From a candidate division WOR-3 bacterium (GTDB lineage Bacteria > Hydrothermota > Tepidihabitantia > SM23-42 > CAYGYG01): a DNA stretch of 64,000 nucleotides. Under the pieces are notes generated by a model that was given only the letters and a program-made list of their open reading frames with translations, searched no databases and had not been told where the DNA came from. Position 1 is the first letter of the stretch. The number at the start of each line of letters is the position of its first letter. The stretch covers positions 132 to 64,131 of the forward strand of contig CBFGIV010000007.1 in the NCBI GenBank assembly GCA_965648915.1, written 5' to 3'. Positions 29,306 to 38,001 of the stretch are shown piece by piece. Position numbers and translations under genes: made by a program.

Positions 29306-29932
29306 TTAGTCCTGAAGGTGTTTTTCAAATTCTCTTAAATTAGCCATAAAAAACTTTTTTATATTATCCCACTGCCATTCTTTGCCTTTTATAACGATAA
29401 TTGGAGACGGCTCATCCTCAGCGTCTTCAAAAAAAATCATACTCTTAAGAACATGATACATATTGATATCAGACGAACCAAATCTTTTTTTGAAAGCCAG
29501 ACACGCCTCTTCTATCGACAACTTCAGTTGTATGGCTGCATACAAGTCATAAAAATCCTTTTTTGTTCCTCGTTGAGAAATCGCCTTGAATTTCTCCGCC
29601 ACGATATCCCGCCAATCAGCAAGTTCTATTTTGCGCCAGTTAATTACTGGATAAACAAGCGGTTGATTATAAAAGAGAAATGATAACTTGACTTTATTTA
29701 ATTCACAATGAATTGTTCCTTCTCTCACCAGCAGGGTTTTATCGGGCTGGATAGTTTTGAGAAGGAATTCAGTGTTGAACATTTTTGATGAAAAGAAATC
29801 TAAATCCGCTGATTTCCTGTGTCCCAACTGAAGTGCCAGTCCTGTGCCACCCGCCAGATAAAAATCATCGAGGTTGGCGGCTAATTTATTGATTATTTTA
29901 AGTGCGTTCTCTGGTAATACTTCTTCAAACAT
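29306..29932 (-). CDS. AbiEii/AbiGii-type nucleotidyltransferase toxin (type IV TA)
   Basis: FYLAGGTGLALQLGHRKSADLDFF, EKFKAI.QRG.KKDFYDLY. Confidence 0.88.
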   Translation of the reverse strand: MFEEVLPENALKIINKLAANLDDFYLAGGTGLALQLGHRKSADLDFFSSKMFNTEFLLKTIQPDKTLLVREGTIHCELNKVKLSFLFYNQPLVYPVINWRKIELADWRDIVAEKFKAISQRGTKKDFYDLYAAIQLKLSIEEACLAFKKRFGSSDINMYHVLKSMIFFEDAEDEPSPIIVIKGKEWQWDNIKKFFMANLREFEKHLQD

Positions 29933-30201
29933 GCAATCTCCTCAAATGGAATTCCAAAGTAAACCGCCCAGAACTTACCAGTCTGTGGTAATAATCCACG
30001 CTTCTTTTTGATAACTTCAATAATTTTTTCAGGAGGATACATTTCCCTCAATCTCTTAATATCATTCCCGTCTCCAAAGTCAAGTACTCGGGCAATTACA
30101 TAGTGTGCATTCTTTACACTGTCTAACTTCTGTGCATCCCAAAATAAAATTGGATTAAATATTTTCTTTGGGTTATTACCTTTGTGGTGTTTTACTTTCA
30201 T
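29893..30201 (-). CDS. DUF6922-like small protein, putative antitoxin partner
   Basis: LFWD...D...A.YVIARVLDFG; overlaps the toxin gene; has its own promoter. Confidence 0.75.
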   Translation of the reverse strand: MKVKHHKGNNPKKIFNPILFWDAQKLDSVKNAHYVIARVLDFGDGNDIKRLREMYPPEKIIEVIKKKRGLLPQTGKFWAVYFGIPFEEIACLKKYYQRTHLK

Positions 30202-30206
30202 ATGTA

Positions 30207-30234
30207 ATTATACTCAATTTTCAGATACTTTCAA
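30207..30234 (-). promoter_or_regulatory. internal promoter of the TA pair (probably leaderless)
   Basis: TTGAAA 30234-30229, 16 nt, TATAAT 30212-30207, ATG 5 nt later. Confidence 0.65.
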
Positions 30235-30265
30235 CCACATTATCCTGTATTCTGTCCATTTTATT

Positions 30266-30949
30266 CTATTTTTTTTGACTCCCCAACTCCTCAACTCTCT
30301 TTACCGTCCCGAATCCCCTTGAAACCGATTTGCCAAGCCCCCAGTATTCAGGGATTTCAAAATTCACGGAAAAATTCCCCAGAAACCCAAGCATGGGAGT
30401 GCCTTTGAGGGAGGTGAGGATTTCTTTCATCTTGCCGATGTTCGCCTTAATCGGCTCAAGCACTGTATAGCCAAGACTCTTTGACATTGAAATAATGTTG
30501 CCGATGAGAATCTTTTCAAGAAGTTCTTTTCTTTTCTGCCATGTGCCAAGCTTCTGGTACTGTTCATAGTTCTTCTCATTCAGGGCGAGCCAAGGGGTGA
30601 GGAAGGAGTAGGAGTTATTTATATCGGTTGTTCCAAAATAATCAGTTCTCAGTATAACAGCTTTCTCTTTTATTTGATATTCAGAGCGACCAATTTTTAA
30701 ATAATCAATATCTTCATGAATTTTTTGAAGAATATCTGCACCTTCGTTAATTCCAAGAACAAAAGGTTTCCCATCGAATATTTTGTATTGTATCAGTGGT
30801 GCTTTATAAAGAAGTTTGTTGTCAGTTAAGTGCTGGTGAATAAGCGTATATTCTCCAAATTTATCTGCAAAAAATCCTCTGAGTTTATCAGCCGTTCCTT
30901 TCACAGATTCATCACAGGTAAAATGGAAAAATAAGGTTTTAACTCTCAC
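30266..30949 (-). CDS. cas6: CRISPR-associated endoribonuclease Cas6 (Cas6b-like)
   Basis: KLRGFF, YKAPLIQYK, SFLTPWLALN, LIGNIISM, G-rich loop GLGKSVSRGFG. Confidence 0.9.
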   Translation of the reverse strand: MRVKTLFFHFTCDESVKGTADKLRGFFADKFGEYTLIHQHLTDNKLLYKAPLIQYKIFDGKPFVLGINEGADILQKIHEDIDYLKIGRSEYQIKEKAVILRTDYFGTTDINNSYSFLTPWLALNEKNYEQYQKLGTWQKRKELLEKILIGNIISMSKSLGYTVLEPIKANIGKMKEILTSLKGTPMLGFLGNFSVNFEIPEYWGLGKSVSRGFGTVKRVEELGSQKK

Positions 30950-31752
30950 TTTTTCTTACTCTTCCTTTTCTTACCTATTGCTTTACCTTTCTCTTCTTCT
31001 GCCAGCGGTTTTGCCAAAACATATCCTATCTCATCTATCTTAAAAACTTTTTCATTAGATATCCTGACTTTAAGGTATGACGGGTTTAATATTTTATTTT
31101 TTTCCCGGATAGGAACCATATAACTTATTAATGGAAAATTATTATCCTGCTTCTTACATCTTTCATGCATTAAGTAAACCTGTCCATTGCCATCTTCTAT
31201 TTTTGTATCCTTTGTAAAAGGGATAGGATATTCTGTTTGGATGACATCGTCTTTTATATCATCAGATACATCCCTGCTCATCACCTCACTATCCAGGGAA
31301 ATAGGTGATTCACTATCTCCACAGGTTAGAGGAGAGGCTTTAAGTGCCTCTACGAGAGTCGAAATAGGGATATTATTTGAGAGCATATCACTTTTAAAGA
31401 TTGCCGCTATCTGTAATTTATTGGAATAGGCATATTGTCTTCCAAGGGCATTAGTAAATTTAGGAAGTTTATTACCAATCTTATCTTCCCATTTGACAAT
31501 GGCAGAAGTTGTATAGCTTTTAATAACACAAGGACTTAAAAGTCTTGAGCCAGCCCACAGTAAATTATTTTCAATCATGTCAAGATATTCTAAAGGATGT
31601 TTGTTATTTTTATATCGTTGTAAAGCATTTGCAAGCATCCCTATAATAGCAGAAGGTGGCAATACAGGATATGTTAGGGCAGACTGCCAAGTAAAGGGGA
31701 TTCTAATTGAATAGAGGGAATTTAGTCTTATGTTAAAGATTAATACCTTCAT
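30946..31752 (-). CDS. cas5: type I-A CRISPR-associated Cas5 (Cas5a-like)
   Basis: YSIRIPFTWQSALTYPVLPPSAIIGMLANAL RAMP start; GDSES. Confidence 0.85.
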   Translation of the reverse strand: MKVLIFNIRLNSLYSIRIPFTWQSALTYPVLPPSAIIGMLANALQRYKNNKHPLEYLDMIENNLLWAGSRLLSPCVIKSYTTSAIVKWEDKIGNKLPKFTNALGRQYAYSNKLQIAAIFKSDMLSNNIPISTLVEALKASPLTCGDSESPISLDSEVMSRDVSDDIKDDVIQTEYPIPFTKDTKIEDGNGQVYLMHERCKKQDNNFPLISYMVPIREKNKILNPSYLKVRISNEKVFKIDEIGYVLAKPLAEEEKGKAIGKKRKSKKK

Positions 31753-31755
31753 TGT

Positions 31756-32691
31756 CTAACTAACTTTGGTTAAAAGTTCAGCGAATATTTCGCTAATCGT
31801 GTTTTTCTTATCTACACCTGTAGGTTTTGCATCTCCCCAGTAGAGAAGCTTCGTATTCTCTGGCATAAGCCCAACTGTTTTAGGAATATAATCCGAATAC
31901 ATCGGTGATACAGGAAAAGGCAGAGGTCCGGTTTCAGAATATGCAACAAGAAGTTCTATTAGTTTCATATGAGGAATTGCGTGAGATAAAGATGCACCCA
32001 TTTGCCCGGAGATTATATACCGATACGATTCAATAGCAACTTTTATTCTTTCTTTGCGTCCGTTAGCATCAATCGCATAAGGATTATTACTTCCAAGATT
32101 TAATTCAACAAGCCCAATTCTATCCACATCAAGGGCAGAGACAAAGGCATAAATGCCAGAGGCATAGGACTTGTTAAAGGGCATCATAACTGTAGGATCA
32201 GTTGAGACTCTGTTATGAATCACCTGTTTAGAAGTTGTATCGTATCCTAATGCTGGCATTAACCACGAGAACATTACCCTTGAAATTCTGCGAGCAGATG
32301 TCCCTCTTTCCTGCTCACCTTCAGCCTCTCTTGCAATCAGATATCCATGGATATCGCAGACAACACACGATGTAATAGCTTCTCTTTCTTGTTTTGCGAC
32401 CTGTGTTAAATTGTTATTCCTCATTTCACTTGGTCTGATAGGCTCTCCTGCTTTACACCCAGCACATAAAGGGACTGAAGAGAATGAACCATTTACTATT
32501 AAATGTTTCATCCCCTCATAATGCCAATGTTTAAGCATTCTCCCTGATACTGCCGGTGCTTCTTGTCTGACGCCATTTTCATCAAGAAATTCCATAATTC
32601 TTATATCTGTCACATTACCCGCAACAGCCTCGTTATTAAGGTCATGGACATTTAATTGAGTCTTTACTGCAAATGTTACAAACTTAAGCAT
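31756..32691 (-). CDS. cas7: type I-A Cas7 (Csa2/DevR family)
   Basis: LNVHDLN..GN, PAVSGRMLKHWH, CDIHGYL, RRISRV, IHNRV; SD AGGAGG before ATG32691. Confidence 0.88.
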   Translation of the reverse strand: MLKFVTFAVKTQLNVHDLNNEAVAGNVTDIRIMEFLDENGVRQEAPAVSGRMLKHWHYEGMKHLIVNGSFSSVPLCAGCKAGEPIRPSEMRNNNLTQVAKQEREAITSCVVCDIHGYLIAREAEGEQERGTSARRISRVMFSWLMPALGYDTTSKQVIHNRVSTDPTVMMPFNKSYASGIYAFVSALDVDRIGLVELNLGSNNPYAIDANGRKERIKVAIESYRYIISGQMGASLSHAIPHMKLIELLVAYSETGPLPFPVSPMYSDYIPKTVGLMPENTKLLYWGDAKPTGVDKKNTISEIFAELLTKVS

Positions 32692-33034
32692 TTTGCACCT
32701 CCTCTGTAAATGTAGTATTCTCCTCTTCACCCTTTGAAGGAAATGAAAAGGCAAGAATAACCAATGCTGTCTTCGTTTTATCGAAATCAGCATTAGCTAA
32801 TCTGAAGACTTCTTTCATTTCTTCATCAGTGGGCAGATGAATTTTTTCTCTTTGTTCAAGCCTTAATCTTCCTTCTCTTAACATCTTTGCTATTGTGTCT
32901 TCAAAGTCCTTTGATTCTTTCCTTGCATTCCTGATATCATCGGCATAACCATATTTTCTCTCTCTGATAAAATATCTCAATGTCCTTGCCAAACTTCCTA
33001 AAGCAGGGTTTTCAATAATTTCTTGTTTTATCAT
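32684..33034 (-). CDS. cas11: putative internally translated small subunit Cas11 (Csa5-like), 116 aa, in frame within cas8
   Basis: AGGAGG at 33045-33040, 5 nt, in-frame ATG33034; helical MIKQEIIENPALGSLARTLRYFIRERKYGYADDIRNA.. Confidence 0.65.
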   Translation of the reverse strand: MIKQEIIENPALGSLARTLRYFIRERKYGYADDIRNARKESKDFEDTIAKMLREGRLRLEQREKIHLPTDEEMKEVFRLANADFDKTKTALVILAFSFPSKGEEENTTFTEEVQNA

Positions 33035-34123
33035 AGCAACCTCCTGTAAAAGATATTTTGATGTTTCAGGATATAGAAGGTTTGTAGAATCTTTTGTTGA
33101 TGTCTCCTGGACATAAAGACGGGCAAATTTGGGTAAGGAATTAGTTGTATTATAATAGATTATGTTATTTAATTCTTGTAACGCTGTAAATGCTTCTCTC
33201 CTTAACATGGTATCCACCAATGCAATGTTATAAGAATTTGCCCTTAGAAAATCCAAATATTTGCTTACATGTATCAAGAAAAGTCCATCTACATGATACC
33301 CTTGTTGACGACTTAACACTGCAATGAACAAATCAAAGCCGTCCAGAATGTCAGAAGATGAAGGGATTTTAGATAAAAATGCAAGAGGGATAAGAGTTTG
33401 TGGTAATTCTGGAAGAAAAGCTTTTCTAATTTGATGTTGTAAGGAAAAAATTTCCTGAAGTCTACTCCCTTTGATACCCTGTTTAGGAATTGGAATCGTA
33501 ACAATTTCTTGTATAACTTTATACTGTTTATTCATAATGTTAAAAATAAAGGAACTGTACCACATGCCAATTAAAGATAGAAGTCCACAAACTTTACAAA
33601 TTCTTTTTGGATTTGAAGGTCTGCCGATGTAATATTTATCCTTGTCCTTCTTTTGTTCAAAATCAAGCTTATCTCTTGAATGATGATAGCTTGATTCAGC
33701 AGCGAGACCTAAAACTGCGCCGACTACCTCTGGGTCAGAATGACCGCAAACAGGTTCATCTTTTGTATTATTCCAGTAAAACCTTCCAGTTTGTTGAAAC
33801 ACTCCCAAACTAAAACTTTCATCTTCTTTTACTGTTATATTTCCAACAAAACCTCCTCTTTTACCGGATTTCTTAATTCCAGGCGTAGTAATAGGAATAT
33901 ATTCGGAGGCAAGCAATCGTTTACAAAGCATATTAAAGGTTCTATCAAGTTTGAAAAACTCATCTTTAGCAATATCAATTGAGACTGTATAAAAACCACC
34001 ATCAGCATGTACTGCAACCTTTTCCATTCCAAGTGCCTCAACCCCTACCCTTGCCAAGCCATAGGCAATCTTAGCTTCTAAATCTGGAAATCCAGTTGCT
34101 GGGGTATAAAGGGTTATGCTCAT
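32684..34123 (-). CDS. cas8: large subunit Cas8a-like with C-terminal Csa5/Cas11-like domain
   Basis: YTP.TGF..L...IAYGLARV N-terminus, C.H and CxxC zinc-finger-like motifs, position between cas3'' and cas7. Confidence 0.75.
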   Translation of the reverse strand: MSITLYTPATGFPDLEAKIAYGLARVGVEALGMEKVAVHADGGFYTVSIDIAKDEFFKLDRTFNMLCKRLLASEYIPITTPGIKKSGKRGGFVGNITVKEDESFSLGVFQQTGRFYWNNTKDEPVCGHSDPEVVGAVLGLAAESSYHHSRDKLDFEQKKDKDKYYIGRPSNPKRICKVCGLLSLIGMWYSSFIFNIMNKQYKVIQEIVTIPIPKQGIKGSRLQEIFSLQHQIRKAFLPELPQTLIPLAFLSKIPSSSDILDGFDLFIAVLSRQQGYHVDGLFLIHVSKYLDFLRANSYNIALVDTMLRREAFTALQELNNIIYYNTTNSLPKFARLYVQETSTKDSTNLLYPETSKYLLQEVAMIKQEIIENPALGSLARTLRYFIRERKYGYADDIRNARKESKDFEDTIAKMLREGRLRLEQREKIHLPTDEEMKEVFRLANADFDKTKTALVILAFSFPSKGEEENTTFTEEVQNA

Positions 34124-34851
34124 CGTTTCACCCTTTCCCTGACTGCATCAACATAATTTTTTATCTCCTCTACCATCAACCATCCACCATAGTAATCATC
34201 CGCGTCTTTCTTTTGATATTCTTTTCTCTCTGTCGCAGCAGAGATATCACAAAGTTTCAGTACATGATGAGCAAGCGAAGCATGGATTCTGCTTTGATGT
34301 TGCTCAAATATTCCACATCCTCTTGCCCATATCCTGAGCCCTCTTGCCATTTCTTTTAGGGATGATACATTTAGATTATATGCTTCTTTAGGGAAATAAT
34401 CTTCTGTTAAGTTCTTTATCTCATCATGCCATACTATATTACCGTTATTATCAACTATGTCATCCAATATTGCCTGAACATCAGGCTTTTCAATGTTATC
34501 TCCAAGAAGCCCTCTATCTGTGTGATGAATTGCGACAGCAAAACTTAATGGTTCTTTAATGCCATCAGGTAAGGTTTTCCAGAGATAAGCAGCTCCGAGC
34601 GTTGAATGAGATGGCAATCTGGCACCAGTGCCAACTCTTTCCTGCCACCTTTTTGTAAGCTTGCCCAGATCATGAAATAAAATCATCTTAAGAAGAAAAT
34701 CTACTAAACTTCCCTGTTTGATTGAAATATCGAGGACCCTTGAAATTGTAGAATCGAACATCGGGAAAACGAGATCGAACTTATCTTTACACCTTGAAAT
34801 GTGGTCTAAATATTTCTCATTTGGAGCACTATATAATGAAGCTGCTGGCAT
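34120..34851 (-). CDS. cas3'': stand-alone Cas3'' HD nuclease
   Basis: YLDH, LFHDLGK, HST, IHH, LKLCDISA HD motifs. Confidence 0.88.
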   Translation of the reverse strand: MPAASLYSAPNEKYLDHISRCKDKFDLVFPMFDSTISRVLDISIKQGSLVDFLLKMILFHDLGKLTKRWQERVGTGARLPSHSTLGAAYLWKTLPDGIKEPLSFAVAIHHTDRGLLGDNIEKPDVQAILDDIVDNNGNIVWHDEIKNLTEDYFPKEAYNLNVSSLKEMARGLRIWARGCGIFEQHQSRIHASLAHHVLKLCDISAATERKEYQKKDADDYYGGWLMVEEIKNYVDAVRERVKR

Positions 34852-36463
34852 CTGGTATTATTCCTTTAAGTTTGTCATAATTACTTTGTTCAAGCATATA
34901 GTATCTAAAGGGTGATACATTTTTAACCTCAGTAAAATCCCATTCGCCCTTTTCTTGATCAAAATCCAATCTATACTTTAAAATTTTGCCTTCTAATAAC
35001 TTCCAACCGACACCAAAATCAACATTTATAGAATTATCTCGTATATTTGTTTTCCGAATGGCATCTTTAATCTTATCCTCTTTTTTATGACCTTCGCCAA
35101 TTGAAAGGTCAACAACTACGAGTGTTATTGGCTTGCCGTCTCTTAATTGTATATTCGTTGGTCTTTCATCGGCATACAAAACACATTCATAAAGATCAAT
35201 TAATGTATCCCTTGCCTCATAGTCGTTTGCCTGATAATCAAGTGTTTCATCAACAAAGGAGCAGACCTCTTTAAAGTTTTTGATGTTGAATTTCTTATTC
35301 TTTTGCAACCATTCAAGTGTTTTTGTTAAATGCTCCTTTTCATAAGGCAAATGCCCTCTGTTTTCTTCTTCAATAGGAAAAACGATCATTTCTCCACTTT
35401 CGCCTTCATATCTTGCGCATCTCCCTGCCCTTTGTATTAATGAATCTGCTGGCGCAAGCTCTGTAAGCAAAAGGTCTGATGAAAAATCAATACCTGCTTC
35501 AAGGACTTGAGTTGAAACCACAACTCCAACGCCCTTTGGTATTACCATCTTTCCTTCTTCTTTATGAGGAATTAATGAGATCGCTTTGTCTTCATGATTT
35601 CTTCTATCTGCTTTAGTAAACCGGGAATGCAACAAAACAATCTGGTCATCGCTAAGTTCAAGCCGCGATTTAATATCTTCATAAATCTTTTGTGCCCTCT
35701 TGACTTGATTAACAACGATAAGAGTTTTTTGCTTGCCTAACCTGCTCAGAAGTTCTTCTAAAATGTTGACATCACCGTTTGAATATAATGGGTTATCTTC
35801 AAGAGTGATTTTTAGATTTGCCTTATTGGAGATATTTCCAACCAATTTTTGATTGTCTTGAAGCAAAATTTCCTCAAATAAACTCTTTTCTAATATTTTT
35901 GGCATCGTCGCAGTCATTAAGATAAAAGGGATATTACTTTTCTGCAGTATCTCCATTAATGCACGCATAATTGAGAAGGTAAACCTATCCCTGTACATAT
36001 GAGCTTCATCAAAAACAATGATAGATGAAGCAATAGACCCTGCAGGCATATCTATATGGTGCCCAACTTGCCGACTTGTCCTTGCAAAACCATAAAGAAA
36101 CTGATCAAGTGTAGTTACTACAATATCACCAATAAAAAAAGGCGAGTTAGAAATATCACCATGTTGAATCTCAACTGAAATATATTTGGAAATCCTGTTT
36201 ATATATTTTTTAATCCTCTCTGCAATACTATTTACCAATACTCTCATTGGGAGAACATAAATTAGTCTCGGCGCAATCTCAAATTTATTTTCAACAAATT
36301 GCTCGAGGAATGGCGCAATCACCCCCTCAGTCTTGCCTGAGCCGGTAGGAGCACGGATCAATAAAGGCATATGCATACCTCTAATACAATCCCACATCTT
36401 AACCTGATGCTCAAACGGATTGGCAATGTAAAAAAAACTCTTATAAAACTCTTTTATATCCAT
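34829..36463 (-). CDS. cas3: Cas3' helicase (no HD domain)
   Basis: APTGSGKT, DEAH, MTAT, HSRF, STQVLEAGID, QRAGRCAR. Confidence 0.93.
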   Translation of the reverse strand: MDIKEFYKSFFYIANPFEHQVKMWDCIRGMHMPLLIRAPTGSGKTEGVIAPFLEQFVENKFEIAPRLIYVLPMRVLVNSIAERIKKYINRISKYISVEIQHGDISNSPFFIGDIVVTTLDQFLYGFARTSRQVGHHIDMPAGSIASSIIVFDEAHMYRDRFTFSIMRALMEILQKSNIPFILMTATMPKILEKSLFEEILLQDNQKLVGNISNKANLKITLEDNPLYSNGDVNILEELLSRLGKQKTLIVVNQVKRAQKIYEDIKSRLELSDDQIVLLHSRFTKADRRNHEDKAISLIPHKEEGKMVIPKGVGVVVSTQVLEAGIDFSSDLLLTELAPADSLIQRAGRCARYEGESGEMIVFPIEEENRGHLPYEKEHLTKTLEWLQKNKKFNIKNFKEVCSFVDETLDYQANDYEARDTLIDLYECVLYADERPTNIQLRDGKPITLVVVDLSIGEGHKKEDKIKDAIRKTNIRDNSINVDFGVGWKLLEGKILKYRLDFDQEKGEWDFTEVKNVSPFRYYMLEQSNYDKLKGIIPDASSFII

Positions 36464-36567
36464 AGGAAATCAATTTCTTTAATCGCTTCAATCATAGGTC
36501 ATTCAAATTTTGGAGTTGCGGAGTTGAAGAGTTGGAGAGTTGAAAAACGGAAAAAGAGGACAGATAA

Positions 36568-37000
36568 GATTCTTCACTTCGTTCGGAATGGAAAGAGAAG
36601 ATAGATTCCGAAATAAGCCTGAAATGAATTGAGTCCAGGGTTCGGAATGACAGGAAAAGAATGGAGATTGCTTCGTCATTTCATTCCTCGCAATGACAAA
36701 AAATCCCCCTGTGTCCCCCTTTGCAAAGGGGAAAATTACGGAGATTCGATTTCCCTTTATTAAAGGGGAAATCTCAGTGGATAATGTATAAAGAAGTTTA
36801 TGCATAAGAACGTTTAGACATTTTGTGGCAAAAGTCAACAGATTTCACCCTCACCTTTGTCCTCTCCTGTCGAGGGAGAGGATTCTTTGCGTGATGAAAC
36901 TGGATTCCTGCTTTTGCAGGGATAACAAATGGGAATAGAGAATGACAGAATGGAGAATAGGATTGCCATTCCGCCAGACGCAATGGCGATTCGCAGTGAC
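36568..37000. repeat. cluster of several different REP-like palindromic elements
   Basis: Hairpins at 36568-36590, 36604-36651, 36664-36697, 36702-36731, 36848-36881, 36900-36926 and 36961-37000; translations give VIPAKAGIQ, VIARNEMTKQS, CHSE, IPNEVKNL. Confidence 0.75.
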
Positions 37001-37072
37001 AAACAGAATATATAGTCTCTTCCATTTCTCTCCTTGAATCCAAAACTAAACCCAGCCAGCGAGGTTAAGTTA

Positions 37073-37108
37073 ATAATAATTATATAATGATCATTGTCAA
37101 TGATTTTT
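37073..37108 (-). promoter_or_regulatory. probable cas-operon promoter with a palindrome over the -35
   Basis: TTGACA 37100-37095, 16 nt, TATTAT 37078-37073; ATCATTG-A-CAATGAT palindrome. Confidence 0.5.
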
Positions 37109-37163
37109 TTGGATTCTTGATAGTATCTTTATTACCAAATCCCTGATTTTGCGCACCAGAATA

Positions 37164-38000
37164 TTATATTGAAATATTATCGATCAAGCGGGTCTTGCCA
37201 AAGAACACGGCAAGGGCAATGATATCGCCTTTTTTTACTCTCTTAACATCTTTTAAGGTCTCCCGGTTAACAATCTTTATGTAATCGATCCTGCCCCCTT
37301 TTTCAGTAATCATCTTCTTCATCTTATCGATTATTACCCCTGGATCTTTTTCGCCCCTTTTAACCAGTCTCTTCGCCATAACCAAAGATTGATAAAGAAT
37401 CGTCGCATTCTTATGTTCGACCTCTGAGAGATAGGTATTCCTCGAACTCATTGCCAGTCCATCCCATTCCCTGACCGTAGGACCGGCGACAATCCTGATA
37501 TCGAAATTCAAGTCCCTGACCATCTGTTCGATAATCGTCAGTTGCTGAAAGTCTTTTTTACCGAAGACCGCAATATGGGGTTTGACAATATTAAACAACT
37601 TCGCCACTACGGTGCAGACCCCACGAAAGTGACCAGGACGGGACTGGCCACAGAGATTTTTACTCAACTCGGGCACTTCAACAAAAGTCTGCGATGGTTG
37701 TGGATACATCTCTTTAACTGAAGGATAGAAGATGACATCAACATCGAGTTTTTTTAAAAGTCTCTTATCCCGGGGAAAATCACGCGGGTAACGACCTAAA
37801 TCTTCCTTCGGTCCGAACTGGAGCGGATTGACAAATATCGAGACGACAACATAATCTGAACTCCTCCTTGCAATCTTTACCAGACTGAGGTGGCCTTCGT
37901 GGAGATAGCCCATCGTCGGAACAAAACCGATGATTTTACCCTGCGCACGAATCCGATCTGACCACCTCTGCATCTTTTCTATCTTTTTGATAATCTTCAT
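37164..38000 (-). CDS. panC: pantoate--beta-alanine ligase
   Basis: FVPTMGYLHEGH, SIFVNPLQF, RPGHFRGV, FGKKDFQQ, DGLAMSSRN, RLIDN. Confidence 0.97.
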   Translation of the reverse strand: MKIIKKIEKMQRWSDRIRAQGKIIGFVPTMGYLHEGHLSLVKIARRSSDYVVVSIFVNPLQFGPKEDLGRYPRDFPRDKRLLKKLDVDVIFYPSVKEMYPQPSQTFVEVPELSKNLCGQSRPGHFRGVCTVVAKLFNIVKPHIAVFGKKDFQQLTIIEQMVRDLNFDIRIVAGPTVREWDGLAMSSRNTYLSEVEHKNATILYQSLVMAKRLVKRGEKDPGVIIDKMKKMITEKGGRIDYIKIVNRETLKDVKRVKKGDIIALAVFFGKTRLIDNISI

Positions 38001-38001
38001 A

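Noticed and set aside
36371-37043. ORFs 36371-36604, 36503-36838 and 36798-37043 as real proteins
   Set aside because: Built from REP-like palindromes and GAGTT arrays; reported as repeats instead.
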